DNA of 64,000 bases from the NCBI GenBank assembly GCA_016188835.1, contig JACPHB010000006.1, positions 1,877-65,876 on the forward strand. The letters are read 5' to 3'. Each line of letters opens with the position of its first letter. Position 1 is the first letter of the stretch. The notes beneath the pieces were generated by a model. That model was not told the DNA's origin and searched no databases. It was given only the letters and a program-made list of their open reading frames with translations. The translations under genes were made by a program, and so were the position numbers. The DNA comes from Parcubacteria group bacterium. Lineage in GTDB: Bacteria > Patescibacteriota > Minisyncoccia > UBA10092. Positions 53,995 through 64,000 of this stretch are shown piece by piece.

Positions 53995-55074
53995 ATGGCT
54001 TTATCCAATCGAAAAATTATAGAAATTTCACCCAAAACAATGCTTTGGGCGCTTTTAATCGGCGCCTTGGTTGCTTTGCTTTTTATGGTTCGCGACATTA
54101 TAGCGGTTTTAATTTTTGCCATAATCATTTCTTCGGCGCTTGAACCATTGCTCAGGTATTCTGAAAACAAAAAAATTCCTCGCCTCTTATCTTTAATTGT
54201 AATTTATCTTTTATTTTTTGTATTTTTTGCGGCCCTTATTTACATTCTTTTGCCGCTTATGCTTGATCAGCTCCGTGATTTTTCAGAAAATTATCCGACT
54301 TATTTCGGCAAAATAGAAGAAGCTGCCGGCACTATAACATTTTTACCCGGACTTTCCGCGAATCTTCATGATTTATTAATTCAATTGACCGGTCAAATAC
54401 CAAGTTTTACTTCGCTGATTTCTTATGCTTCATCAATATTCGGCGGCGTTATTTCTTTTATAGTAGTTTTGGTGGTTTCTTTTTATCTGTCTTTATCCAA
54501 AGGCGCCTTAGATGATTTTTTAAGTTCGGTAATGCCGCCTCAATTTGAGGCCTATGCTCACGGCTTATGGATTCGGGCTCAGAAAAAAATGGGCCGTTGG
54601 CTTCAGGCCCAGTTGCTTCTAAGTATTTTTATGGCGGTAGTTGTCGGCTTTGGCCTTTGGATTTTAGGAGTAAAGTACGCTTTTTTGATCGCTATAGTTG
54701 TCGGCATGCTTGAGGTCGTTCCTTTTGTTGGGCCGATAGTATCCGGGGGCCTCGCGACCATTTTAGCGTTATCTCAATCAGCGGTTTTGGGACTTTGGAC
54801 TCTTATTTTTTTCATTGTGGTTCAGCAGCTGGAAAATCATATTTTAGTGCCTATTTTAATAAAAAAGCTGGTGGGACTTAATCCAGTGACGGTTATTCTT
54901 GCTATTTTAGTCGGTGCCAAATTGGGAGGAATTTTAGGAATTCTTTTAGCCGTGCCTTTAGCAGCGGTTGTTGACGAATTTTTTACCGATATAGCGAAAA
55001 AACGACCGGCCAACTCCCCGATTGGATTTACGTCTGCGCTCGCAGAAGATATAAAACCAGAAAAATTAATATAG
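53995..55074 (+). CDS. AI-2E family transporter (PerM/UPF0118)
   Basis: 8-TM topology with conserved GMLEVVPFVGPIVSG motif. Confidence 0.8.
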   Translation: MALSNRKIIEISPKTMLWALLIGALVALLFMVRDIIAVLIFAIIISSALEPLLRYSENKKIPRLLSLIVIYLLFFVFFAALIYILLPLMLDQLRDFSENYPTYFGKIEEAAGTITFLPGLSANLHDLLIQLTGQIPSFTSLISYASSIFGGVISFIVVLVVSFYLSLSKGALDDFLSSVMPPQFEAYAHGLWIRAQKKMGRWLQAQLLLSIFMAVVVGFGLWILGVKYAFLIAIVVGMLEVVPFVGPIVSGGLATILALSQSAVLGLWTLIFFIVVQQLENHILVPILIKKLVGLNPVTVILAILVGAKLGGILGILLAVPLAAVVDEFFTDIAKKRPANSPIGFTSALAEDIKPEKLI

Positions 55075-55502
55075 TGATAATAAAATTTCTACTTTTACTA
55101 TTTTTAGGAGGCCTTATTGTTCTGGTTTCTTTTTTATTTGGTTGGTATTCTGACTTAACATCACTACTCAGTTGGTGGGTAGCTAACAGTCTTCATTTTC
55201 TCGGCGGAATTTACGCTTTTTTCTTTGTTAAGTTTGTTTTTAACGCTACGCACAAGTATCACAAAACAGAAACCGCATTTTTAATGAAAATTATAATTTT
55301 TACCGGCGGCGCTTTAGTATTAGGAGTATTGTGGGAGTGGTATGAATTTATTTTTATTTATAATTATGGAAATGGAGTTTTTAGATTGCTTCCAAAAAGT
55401 ATCACCATTTATCATGACACCATGACCGATTTAATGTTTGATTTACTCGGTGCCGCATCAGTTGGAGTTTATTTAATTGTTAAAAATGGCAAAAACAAAT
55501 AA
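55074..55502 (+). CDS. small polytopic membrane protein, hypothetical
   Basis: 4 predicted TM helices; ORF track. Confidence 0.4.
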   Translation: MIIKFLLLLFLGGLIVLVSFLFGWYSDLTSLLSWWVANSLHFLGGIYAFFFVKFVFNATHKYHKTETAFLMKIIIFTGGALVLGVLWEWYEFIFIYNYGNGVFRLLPKSITIYHDTMTDLMFDLLGAASVGVYLIVKNGKNK

Positions 55503-57003
55503 AAAATTTTACGTAACAACTTCTATTCCATATGTTAACGCCGACCCTCATATTGGATTTGCCTTGGAAGCAATTCAGGCCGATGTTTTGGCGCGTTATC
55601 ACAGATTAAAGGGAGAGGATGTTTTCTTTCTTACGGGGACAGATGAACACGGCGTTAAAGTTGTAAGGGCGGCCGAAGCGGTTGGGGAAACCCCGAAAGA
55701 ATTTGTTGATGAAATTTCAGGGAAATTTAAGGCGCTCAAAAAAACACTGATTTTATCTTGGGATGATTTTATTAGAACTTCGGACCAAAAAAGGCACTGG
55801 CCCGGTGCCCAGAAATTATGGCTGAAACTTTATAATGCCGGTAAACTTTATAAGAAACCTTACAAAGGCCTTTATTGCATCGGGCATGAAGCATTTATTA
55901 CGGAAAAAGATTTGATAGACGGGAAATGTCGTGACCATCAAAAAGATCCGGAAGTCGTTGAAGAAGAGAATTGGTTTTTTAAATTATCTGAATATAGTAA
56001 TGATATAAAATCAAAAATTGAAAGCGGCGAATTAACAATAGTCCCAGAAGGACGCAAAAACGAAATTATTTCGCTTATTAACGAAGGACTTGAGGATGTC
56101 AGTTTTTCTCGTCCGGCAAAAGATTTAAGTTGGGGTATTCCGGTGCCAAACGATCCGAAACATACGATGTATGTTTGGTGCGACGCGCTTTCAAACTATA
56201 TTTCTGCTCTTGGCTATGGGAGTACTCAAAATATCGATATATCGAAATTTCAGAAATACTGGCCGGCCGATATTCATATTATCGGAAAAGATATTTTACG
56301 TTTCCATGCCGCCATCTGGCCTGGCATGCTTTTAGCGGCTGAATTACCTTTGCCGAAAACTATTTTTGTTCACGGATTTATAACGGTTGGCGGAGAAAAG
56401 ATGTCAAAAACAATAGGCAATGTCATTAACCCGGTGGAAATTGTTAATAAATATGGCGCCGATGCCTTGCGTTATTATCTTTTGTGGGATATTACACCCA
56501 CTGGCGATGGCGATTTTACTTATGAAAAATTTGAGGAAAGATATAACAGCGGCCTTGCTAATGGTATCGGCAATCTGGTGGCGCGCGTTGCGAAATTGGG
56601 CGAAACGATTTCTCCCATTGTCTATTCGGAAGATGATATCGCGGAGTGGAATAGGAATACCAAGAAAAATATCCATAATCTGTACGATAAGTTGGTTGAC
56701 GATATCAAACTCAATGAAGCATTGGCCGTGGCCTTTTCCCTTGTTTATTCCGCAGACAAATATAATGATATTGTAGGAAACATTAAAGGCGGAGATAAGT
56801 ATATTGATGAAACACAGCCATGGACTTTAAGGGGTGACGATTTGAAAAAAGTTATTATCAATGCCTCATTCTTAATCAATTCGTTTTCCGAGTTAATTGA
56901 GCCGTTTTTGCCAGAGACCGCGGGAAAAATTAGAGAGCAAATAAAATTTGTGGGGAACAAAATAGAAATCACAAAAGGTGATAATATTTTCCCGAGAAAA
57001 TGA
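55486..57003 (+). CDS. metG: methionyl-tRNA synthetase
   Basis: TTSIPYVNADPHIGF (HIGH), KMSKTIGNV (KMSKS). Confidence 0.9.
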   Translation: MAKTNKKFYVTTSIPYVNADPHIGFALEAIQADVLARYHRLKGEDVFFLTGTDEHGVKVVRAAEAVGETPKEFVDEISGKFKALKKTLILSWDDFIRTSDQKRHWPGAQKLWLKLYNAGKLYKKPYKGLYCIGHEAFITEKDLIDGKCRDHQKDPEVVEEENWFFKLSEYSNDIKSKIESGELTIVPEGRKNEIISLINEGLEDVSFSRPAKDLSWGIPVPNDPKHTMYVWCDALSNYISALGYGSTQNIDISKFQKYWPADIHIIGKDILRFHAAIWPGMLLAAELPLPKTIFVHGFITVGGEKMSKTIGNVINPVEIVNKYGADALRYYLLWDITPTGDGDFTYEKFEERYNSGLANGIGNLVARVAKLGETISPIVYSEDDIAEWNRNTKKNIHNLYDKLVDDIKLNEALAVAFSLVYSADKYNDIVGNIKGGDKYIDETQPWTLRGDDLKKVIINASFLINSFSELIEPFLPETAGKIREQIKFVGNKIEITKGDNIFPRK

Positions 57004-57791
57004 CATTATTCGATTCTCACTGCCATCTTCACTTTCGTCAGTTTGACAACGACCGCGAAGAAATTATAAAAAAACTTCGTGATTTTAATATTAAGATTAT
57101 AAATGTTGGAACTGATTTTAAAGAATCTGAAAAAGCTGTAGCGCTCGCTAAACAATACCCAGATTTAATGTGGGCATCGGTCGGGTTGCATCCAAATGAT
57201 AATTTGGAAGAAAATTTTGATATTAACAAATACAGAGAACTGGCAAAACTCCAAAATGTTGTCGCTATAGGTGAGTGCGGGCTGGATTATTTTCGTTCGC
57301 CAAGCGAAACAGAAATTAAAAGGCAAAAAGAGATTTTTGTTAAACAAATTGGATTGGCGAAAGAATTAAAAAAGCCATTGATTTTACACTGCAGGCCTCC
57401 TAAAGGAAGCCAAGATGCCTATGAAGACGCGATTGAGATTTTGAAATATGAAAATTTTAATATTTCAACCGGCAATGGAGTAGCTCATTTTTTTTCCGAT
57501 TTAAAGGAAACGGCCAAAAAATTTTTGGAATTAGGATTTTATATTTCTTTTGCCGGGCCAATAACGTTTGCGCCAGAATATAAAGAAATTGTGGAATTCG
57601 TCCCAATGAATAGGATTTTAATTGAAACCGACGCGCCGTTCGCGGCGCCGGCGCCCCATAGGGGCAGACGCAACGAACCGGCTTATGTTGAATTTGTGGC
57701 GCACAAAATCGCCGAATGGAAAAGATTAAGTATTGAAGAGGTGGCGGAACAAACTACAAAAAACACTTTGCGACTTTTTCAAATAAAATAA
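57000..57791 (+). CDS. tatD: TatD-family metal-dependent hydrolase (DNase)
   Basis: LFDSHCHL N-terminus, GECGLDY, ETDAPF motifs. Confidence 0.9.
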   Translation: MTLFDSHCHLHFRQFDNDREEIIKKLRDFNIKIINVGTDFKESEKAVALAKQYPDLMWASVGLHPNDNLEENFDINKYRELAKLQNVVAIGECGLDYFRSPSETEIKRQKEIFVKQIGLAKELKKPLILHCRPPKGSQDAYEDAIEILKYENFNISTGNGVAHFFSDLKETAKKFLELGFYISFAGPITFAPEYKEIVEFVPMNRILIETDAPFAAPAPHRGRRNEPAYVEFVAHKIAEWKRLSIEEVAEQTTKNTLRLFQIK

Positions 57792-57883
57792 ATTACGTAT
57801 TTAAAATCGATCACTTTTTTATACGTAATTCAAATACTGATTAATTATTGCCTTGAGCAATTTTTTTAGTTAAACTGAACAAT

Positions 57884-60373
57884 ATGTACGATGCTAAAAA
57901 AATAGAATCCAAATGGCAGAAAATCTGGGAAAAGGCGAAACTTTATAAGACGAAAGACAAAGTTGCTGGCAAAAAGAATTTTTATCATCTTGTAATGTTT
58001 CCATATCCGTCGGGCGATCTTCATATCGGGCACTGGTATAATTTCGCGCCCGCCGATGTTTACGCGCGTCTTAAGAGAATGCAAGGGTTTAACGTTTTAA
58101 GTCCAATCGGATTTGATGCTTTTGGCTTGCCGGCGGAAAATGCCGCTATAAAAAATAAAATTCATCCGAAAATTTGGACCTATAAAAATATCGATAAAAT
58201 GAGGCATCAGCTTAAGTCAATGGGCAATGTCTACGACTTTTCGCGCGAGGTAATTACTGCTGACTCGGAATACTACAAATGGACTCAATGGATGTTTTTA
58301 AAAATGTATGAAGCTGGCCTGGCTTATCGCAAGAAAGCTTTAGCTAATTGGTGCCCGAAAGATCAGGCGATTTTAGCCAACGAGCAGGTTATTGATGGCA
58401 AATGCTGGCGACATCCCGATACTCTGGTGATTCAAAAAGAAATTGAGCAATGGATGTTTAAAATTACCGATTACGCTGAAGATCTTATTGATGGTTTGGA
58501 GAAATTAAACTGGCCGGAACGCACGAAACTAATGCAAAAAAACTGGATAGGGAAATCTGTCGGCGCTATTGTTCAATTCAAAATACCAAATACTAAATAC
58601 CAAATACCGGTTTTCACTACTAGACCGGACACGCTTTTTGGTGCTACCTACTTAGTGCTTTCTCCGGAACATCCGCTTGTTGAAACAGTAATCGCAAAAG
58701 AACAAAAAGAAAAGGTTCGTCACTATATTACCAATGCACATTTAAAATCCGAACTTGAAAGAACTGTTTTGGAAAAAGAAAAAACCGGAATTTTCACTGG
58801 AGCTTTTGCTGTTAACCCCGTGAATGGAGAAAAAATTCCTATTTGGATTTCCGATTATGTTTTAATAAACTATGGCACGGGCGCCATTATGGCTGTGCCA
58901 GCGCACGATGAACGCGATTTTGAATTCGCTAAAAAATTCAATCTTTCAATAATTAAAGTGATTAATCCCGGCTGCGATTGGCCGGAAGACAAGCCCTACA
59001 CCGAAGGCGGGTTGATGGTTAATTCCGGAGAGTTTACCGGTCTTAATTCGGTTGATGGAAGAAAAAAAATTATCGAATGGCTAAAAATAAAAAGACTCGG
59101 CGATTTTTCTATTCAATATAAAATGCGCGACTGGATTATTTCCCGCCAAAGGTATTGGGGCGCGCCAATCCCGATAGTTTACTGTAAAAAATGCGGCATA
59201 ATACCTGTTTCAGAAAGCAAATTGCCGATTAAATTACCGCCACTTAAAAATTTTAAGCCTGTAGCTGGAGGGAAATCGCCGTTAGCTAGTGCAAAGTCAT
59301 TTATTAATGCCAAGTGTCCTAAGTGCAAAGGAAGAGCGGCGCGGGAAACCGACACGATGGACACGTTTGTTGATTCTTCGTGGTACTTTTTGCGCTACGC
59401 CGATCTGAAAAACAAAAAACAATTTGCTTCAAAAGACAAATTAAAGGCCTGGCTGCCGGTTGATATGTACGTCGGAGGCGCCGAGCATGCGGTTTTACAC
59501 CTCCTTTATTCAAGATTTTTTGTTAAAGCGTTAAAAAGCATGGGACACTTGGAATTTACTGAACCTTTTACGGCTTTGCGCCATCAGGGAATTATTTTAG
59601 GAAGCGACGGGCAGAAAATGAGTAAGTCCCGCGGTAATATCGTTGACCCGGACGAATTGGTTAAAAAATACGGCGCCGATACGATTAGAATGTATCTTTG
59701 TTTTATGGGCGAATACAGCCAGGGCGGACCGTGGAATTCCAAGGGAATTCTGGGAATTAAAAGATTTTTGGATAGAATCTATGCTAAATTTTTCTCCCTT
59801 CAGGAGATGTCCTACCCGCTTCGCCGAAGCTCCAGCGCGGCGAGCAGGGACACAATTTTGAAGTCCGAAGAAAAATTACAAAGATTATTGCACCAGACCA
59901 TTAAGAAAGTGGGGGATGATATTGAAAACCTTCGCTTTAACACAGCTATCAGCGCGCTGATGATTCTTTTTAACAGTATTGAAAAAGAAAATTTTTCAAA
60001 AGACGAAGCAAAAATATTTCTTAAACTCTTATCACCATTTGCGCCGCATCTTACTGAAGAACTATGGCAAAGAATAGGCAATAACCCCGACGCTATTAAA
60101 GGTCGGGGCTACGACCAAGAGCGTCGGAGGAAATCCATTCATATAGAAACATGGCCGGAATACAATGCCAAGTTCATAGAAGAGGAAGAGTATGAACTTG
60201 TTATCCAAATCAATGGCAAAATGCGCGACAAAATAAAGATTTCAAAAAAGTTAGAGCGACCGGAAGTAGAAAAACTAATTTTAGAACGAGAAATAGTTAA
60301 AAAATATCTCGATGGTAAATTTCCACAGAAAATAATTTTTATTCCTAACAGGTTAATAAACCTAGTGGTTTAA
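57884..60373 (+). CDS. leuS: leucyl-tRNA synthetase
   Basis: [15 protein letters not shown] (HIGH), KMSKSRGN (KMSKS), editing domain. Confidence 0.9.
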   Translation: MYDAKKIESKWQKIWEKAKLYKTKDKVAGKKNFYHLVMFPYPSGDLHIGHWYNFAPADVYARLKRMQGFNVLSPIGFDAFGLPAENAAIKNKIHPKIWTYKNIDKMRHQLKSMGNVYDFSREVITADSEYYKWTQWMFLKMYEAGLAYRKKALANWCPKDQAILANEQVIDGKCWRHPDTLVIQKEIEQWMFKITDYAEDLIDGLEKLNWPERTKLMQKNWIGKSVGAIVQFKIPNTKYQIPVFTTRPDTLFGATYLVLSPEHPLVETVIAKEQKEKVRHYITNAHLKSELERTVLEKEKTGIFTGAFAVNPVNGEKIPIWISDYVLINYGTGAIMAVPAHDERDFEFAKKFNLSIIKVINPGCDWPEDKPYTEGGLMVNSGEFTGLNSVDGRKKIIEWLKIKRLGDFSIQYKMRDWIISRQRYWGAPIPIVYCKKCGIIPVSESKLPIKLPPLKNFKPVAGGKSPLASAKSFINAKCPKCKGRAARETDTMDTFVDSSWYFLRYADLKNKKQFASKDKLKAWLPVDMYVGGAEHAVLHLLYSRFFVKALKSMGHLEFTEPFTALRHQGIILGSDGQKMSKSRGNIVDPDELVKKYGADTIRMYLCFMGEYSQGGPWNSKGILGIKRFLDRIYAKFFSLQEMSYPLRRSSSAASRDTILKSEEKLQRLLHQTIKKVGDDIENLRFNTAISALMILFNSIEKENFSKDEAKIFLKLLSPFAPHLTEELWQRIGNNPDAIKGRGYDQERRRKSIHIETWPEYNAKFIEEEEYELVIQINGKMRDKIKISKKLERPEVEKLILEREIVKKYLDGKFPQKIIFIPNRLINLVV

Positions 60374-60412
60374 AGTTAGTATTCATTATTAATATTTAAC
60401 ATATCTTTAATG

Positions 60413-60444
60413 TATAATAAATTAGCTATAGCATAATTATTATA
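60413..60444 (+). repeat. 32-bp direct repeat tataataaattagctatagcataattattata (copy 1; copy 2 at 61033-61064) flanking the PaaX-like gene
   Basis: Exact 32-bp match at both positions; the central gctatagc is palindromic. Confidence 0.8.
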
Positions 60445-60448
60445 TAAT

Positions 60449-61003
60449 ATGAGGACAAGTAATAAAATTAGCAAAGATTTATTAAAGTATCTCGCAATGG
60501 GAGGCCTTGTTACTTTTGCTATGTTGTCGCCAGTTGGCGGTCCAAAAATTATTAAAGCACTATTTAAACAATTAAAATACAAAATTAAACAAATAAGAAG
60601 TAGTGCTTATTACCTTAAGAAAAGGGGATTAGTTCAATTCGTTAAAGAAGATAAAAATAATGTTACGATAAAAATCACCAGTAAAGGTGAAAAATATTTC
60701 AGAACTTTTGATATTGATAATATGCTATTAAACAGACCGGCCCAATGGGACGGCAGATGGCGTTTAGTGATTTTTGATATTCCGGAAAAATATAAAAAGG
60801 CAAGAGAGGCGCTGCGGCGTAAACTTAAAGATTTAGATTTTGTTAGATTACAGGATAGCGTTTGGGTTACTCCATACCCCTGCGATGATGAAATACGATT
60901 TTTAAGGGAAATTTTTTTTATTTCATTTAATGTTGATGTCATTGAAACAGATGATTTAAAACATCACGAAATAAAACTTAAAAAATATTTTAATATTATT
61001 TAA
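60449..61003 (+). CDS. PaaX-like transcriptional regulator domain protein (WDGRWRLVIFDIPE...LQDSVWV), hypothetical
   Basis: Motif characteristic of the PaaX C-terminal domain; the whole gene is bracketed by 32-bp direct repeats. Confidence 0.45.
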   Translation: MRTSNKISKDLLKYLAMGGLVTFAMLSPVGGPKIIKALFKQLKYKIKQIRSSAYYLKKRGLVQFVKEDKNNVTIKITSKGEKYFRTFDIDNMLLNRPAQWDGRWRLVIFDIPEKYKKAREALRRKLKDLDFVRLQDSVWVTPYPCDDEIRFLREIFFISFNVDVIETDDLKHHEIKLKKYFNII

Positions 61004-61032
61004 AAATCCAGTATTTGAGGTTTTAAAATTTC

Positions 61033-61064
61033 TATAATAAATTAGCTATAGCATAATTATTATA
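61033..61064 (+). repeat. second copy of the 32-bp direct repeat
   Basis: Identical to 60413-60444. Confidence 0.8.
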
Positions 61065-61153
61065 CATTGTGTTAATTTATTAATATAAAAATGTAATATC
61101 ATTGATAGATGGTGTTACTATCTTAATTATAATAATGTTTAAATATTAGAAAT

Positions 61154-63010
61154 ATGTGCGGGATTATAGGATACATAGGCAAACACAAAGCGACACCTAT
61201 TTTAGTAAATGGGTTAAAACGGTTGGAATACCGCGGTTATGATTCAAGCGGAATTGCCATTTTTAACGACGGTAAAATTTATTTGGCAAAGGCCAAAGGC
61301 AGAATTATCGAATTAGAAAAGAAAACTCCATCAAACTGGGATGGAAACATCGGCATTGCTCATACGCGATGGGCGACTCATGGCGAACCAAACGAGCAAA
61401 ATGCTCATCCTCAAGTTGATTGTTCTGGAAAGATTTTTGTTTGCCACAATGGCATTATTGAAAATTATAAAGAATTAAAAGAAGAACTTATTAAAAACGG
61501 ACATAAGTTTAAATCGGACACAGACACCGAAGTTTTGTCGCATCTTATAGAGAAAAATATGCGATATGGTCCGGAATTGGCAATTGCAAAATCATTAAAA
61601 TTAGTAAAGGGAACATATGGCATTGTTGTTCTTTTCGCCAATTATCCCGATAGAATAATTGCTGCGAGAAATAGCAGCCCCTTGGTTATTGGCATAGGCA
61701 ATGGCGAGCGCCTAATAGCTTCTGACGCTTCAGCAATTTTAAACCGGACACGAAATGTAATTTATATGAATGATGGGGAAATGGTGGTTATCAGAAAAGA
61801 CAACATTAAACTCTTTGGTTTTAATAAAAATCAAGACCCCTCAGCATTTCAGGGTTTAAATATTTCAAAAAGAAAAGAAAAAGTAGAATGGACTATTGAT
61901 AGCGCGCAAAAAAATGGCTATCCGCACTTTATGCTTAAAGAAGTTTTTGAACAGCCAGAATCGTTAACAAATAGTTTGCGCGGGCGAATTATTAAAAATA
62001 ATGGTTTTGCTAAATTAGGCGGTCTCGAAGAAATAAAAAACCGACTTAAAAAAATTGATCGCATTATTATATCAGGTTGCGGTACGGCTTATCTTGCCGG
62101 AGCTATTGGAAAATTAATGATTGAAGAGTTAAGTGGTCTTCCTTGTGAGGTAGAATTGGCTTCCGAATTGCGTTATCGTAATTTACCGGCGAGCAGACAA
62201 AATTTAGCCATGGTAGCCATTTCTCAGTCAGGGGAAACAGCTGATACATTAGCTGCTCTACGGCGTTTTAAAGAAAAAAACATCTTAACGCTCGGAATAG
62301 TAAATGTTGTCGGCTCAACTATCTCGCGAGAAACCGATGCGGGCATTTACAATCATGCCGGACCGGAAATAGGGGTGGCTTCAACCAAAGCCTTTACTTC
62401 ACAACTCGCAGTTTTAGCGCTTTTAGCGTTATTTTTGGGGCGGCAACGGAATCTTTTAAAACTTGATGGTAAAAAAATTGCTGAAGAATTAGCACTACTT
62501 CCGCAGCTTTGTCATCATGTATTAATACATAGTAACAAAATGGCAAAAGCAATAGCGGAAAAATATAAAAATTTTAATAATTTTTTATATATGGGGAGAA
62601 AATATAATTTTCCAACAGCTTTTGAAGGTGCGCTTAAACTAAAAGAAATTTCTTATGCTCATGCAGAAGGATGCGGAGCCGGAGAAATGAAACACGGACC
62701 GATCGCCATGATTGATGAAAATTTCCCGACCATAGCTATTGCTCCGTTGGATAGTGTATATGATAAGATGGCTTCCAACATGGAAGAGATAAAATCAAGA
62801 CATGGAAAAATTATTGCTATAACAACAGAGGGGAACAAAAAAATTAAGCATATCGCGGATGATTGGCTTTACATACCTAAAACTTTAGAAATGTTAACGC
62901 CAATTCTTGCAGTTATCCCATTGCAGTTATTTGCTTATTACATGGGAGTTTCCAGAGGTTTAGATGTAGATAAGCCGCGTAATTTAGCAAAAAGTGTCAC
63001 TGTAGAGTGA
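61154..63010 (+). CDS. glmS: glutamine--fructose-6-phosphate aminotransferase (isomerizing)
   Basis: MCGIIGYIG N-terminal nucleophile Cys; two SIS domains; C-terminal KSVTVE. Confidence 0.9.
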   Translation: MCGIIGYIGKHKATPILVNGLKRLEYRGYDSSGIAIFNDGKIYLAKAKGRIIELEKKTPSNWDGNIGIAHTRWATHGEPNEQNAHPQVDCSGKIFVCHNGIIENYKELKEELIKNGHKFKSDTDTEVLSHLIEKNMRYGPELAIAKSLKLVKGTYGIVVLFANYPDRIIAARNSSPLVIGIGNGERLIASDASAILNRTRNVIYMNDGEMVVIRKDNIKLFGFNKNQDPSAFQGLNISKRKEKVEWTIDSAQKNGYPHFMLKEVFEQPESLTNSLRGRIIKNNGFAKLGGLEEIKNRLKKIDRIIISGCGTAYLAGAIGKLMIEELSGLPCEVELASELRYRNLPASRQNLAMVAISQSGETADTLAALRRFKEKNILTLGIVNVVGSTISRETDAGIYNHAGPEIGVASTKAFTSQLAVLALLALFLGRQRNLLKLDGKKIAEELALLPQLCHHVLIHSNKMAKAIAEKYKNFNNFLYMGRKYNFPTAFEGALKLKEISYAHAEGCGAGEMKHGPIAMIDENFPTIAIAPLDSVYDKMASNMEEIKSRHGKIIAITTEGNKKIKHIADDWLYIPKTLEMLTPILAVIPLQLFAYYMGVSRGLDVDKPRNLAKSVTVE

Positions 63011-63142
63011 TTATCATCATCTAATAACGAATATATTATGAATAATCGAATGAAATTGTAAACGAATAACGAATAACGGACAAATATAAAAAAGATAAAA
63101 TTCAAAATTCGCTAATTTGCAACAAGATTCGATATTCGTTGA

Positions 63143-63170
63143 TGAAAATACCCTATATCGGGTATTTTTT
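63143..63170 (+). terminator. rho-independent terminator (ataccc-tata-tcgggtat then T6)
   Basis: Hairpin plus T-run about 130 nt after the glmS stop. Confidence 0.5.
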
Positions 63171-63378
63171 AGCCCAATAAAGGCATATAAACGACTCGGT
63201 TTTTAAGTGCAATTATTGACGAATCTCGATTTTTAGTTAAAAATCGAGATTTTTCTTTATGTTTAGCCAAAATACGCAGGTTGATTTGCTATAATTTAAC
63301 TATGATTGGATACCAGATCAAATGATCTGAAATACGATATAAAAAATAATTTAATTCTATATTGAAATATTTTTTAAA

Positions 63379-64000
63379 ATGCAGAGTGAAATAAAAAACA
63401 CGAACGATAAAAATTTTTCCCTCTTCGAAGGATCTCCCGAAGGGAGACAATACATTCCACTTTCCGAAGCCGGGAAGATTTTGAATACCTCGCGCGACTA
63501 TATGAATGTTTTGGTTCGCAGAGGAAAATTGCGCGCTGTTAAACTTGGCCGCAACTGGGTAACAACTAAAGAATGGGTAGCTGAATATCGCACGAAAGGC
63601 ACACCTGTTTTTGCTAGTGATATGGAGGGCAAGCAAGATTTCAAAAAAGAAGAAGAAAAAGAATTTAAAAATCTTAAGAGTAATTTGATTTTAGAGCGAG
63701 AAAAAGCTTTAGAGATTAAAGCATTAATTCCGGAAATTGCGCTTTCTTCCCGCGAATTGAAAGCTCAGGAAAAAAATCAAATTCTTGAAGCGGTTAAAAA
63801 GCAGTTTAAGATTATTGATGTTTCAGAGTTTCAAAAAGCCAGCAGGCACCTCGGTGTTTTGAAAAGTTTGCGCTGGTGGTCTGGAGGCAAATTTATTGCC
63901 GCTTCGGCAGTTGCGGTATTTCTTCTCGCAATTTTTCTTAATTTAGCAATCGGAGGTTTTGATGTTTCCAAAAGTTTCAAAGTTTCAAAGTTTCAAAGTT
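63379..64000 (+). CDS. HTH_17-like DNA-binding domain protein with C-terminal TM; partial (runs off the window end); paralogue of 34593..35162
   Basis: Translated by hand; YIPLSEAGKILNTSRDYMNVLVRRGKLRAVKLGRNWVTTKEWVAEY aligns with the 34593 ORF; no stop before position 64000. Confidence 0.5.
   Translation, partial: MQSEIKNTNDKNFSLFEGSPEGRQYIPLSEAGKILNTSRDYMNVLVRRGKLRAVKLGRNWVTTKEWVAEYRTKGTPVFASDMEGKQDFKKEEEKEFKNLKSNLILEREKALEIKALIPEIALSSRELKAQEKNQILEAVKKQFKIIDVSEFQKASRHLGVLKSLRWWSGGKFIAASAVAVFLLAIFLNLAIGGFDVSKSFKVSKFQS

Noticed and set aside
63289-63636. 115-aa minus-strand ORF
   Set aside because: It is antisense to the start of the HTH-domain gene and to the intergenic region, and shows no features.
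1-64000. Alternative genetic code (UGA=Gly, code 25) as in some CPR lineages
   Set aside because: Long conserved genes (aaRS, pilB/T, clpC) read through intact with the standard code. TGA is used as a terminator, for example for clpC.
1-64000. CRISPR array or cas genes
   Set aside because: No regularly spaced direct repeats with unique spacers were found. The repeats present are palindromic singletons or tandem micro-repeats.

Overview
This is an AT-rich, gene-dense window that resembles a compact Candidate Phyla Radiation (Patescibacteria-like) genome. It uses the standard code, with UGA as stop, so an alternative code such as code 25 is ruled out. It has many class I/II aminoacyl-tRNA synthetases, few operons and weak Shine-Dalgarno sites. 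I have ordered the contents from left to right. (1) Positions 0.6-1.6 kb hold a small GC-rich island with secreted repeat proteins. (2) Positions 2.5-11.9 kb hold a surface-glycan modification locus: two SAM methyltransferases, an SDR, a CapK/PaaK-type adenylating enzyme, a DegT aminotransferase, three GT2 modules and an NAD epimerase. (3) Positions 11.9-16.5 kb hold the most unusual item. A YcaO-domain protein sits directly upstream of a single ORF that fuses a PrmC/HemK-type protein-glutamine N5-methyltransferase to a SagB-type (TOMM) dehydrogenase. No E1-like partner or small precursor gene is visible. The next gene is a membrane protein carrying a CGCSCAC motif. (4) HicB-HicA, two TPR proteins, a surface FN3 protein, ComF and ClpC follow. 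(5) Positions 23.7-34.5 kb hold a complete type IV / competence-pilus locus: pilM, pilN, pilO, pilB, pilT, pilC, a major pilin, pilD and five pilin-like genes. (6) An 866-bp ORF-free island contains a structured repeat that is also present near comF. It is followed by a LOG-like gene, an amino-acid permease, tRNA-Arg(CCG), a half-size MFS protein, PolX and a minimal MGMT domain. (7) A translation block on the minus strand contains rplT, rpmI, infC (non-AUG start), tmRNA (ssrA) directly after smpB, then argS and ileS. IleS carries an inserted histidine-phosphatase (PGAM-like) domain. After these come a short recO, glyQS, an M16 peptidase, an AI-2E transporter, metG, tatD, leuS, a PaaX-like cassette flanked by direct repeats, and glmS. 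Throughout the window there are several families of short palindromic elements. Some are inserted in-frame into essential genes (ileS, leuS, pilD, comF, clpC, pilM), in the manner of Rickettsia RPEs. Others form terminator-like hairpins whose perfect inverted-repeat arms copy the 3' ends of the adjacent genes.
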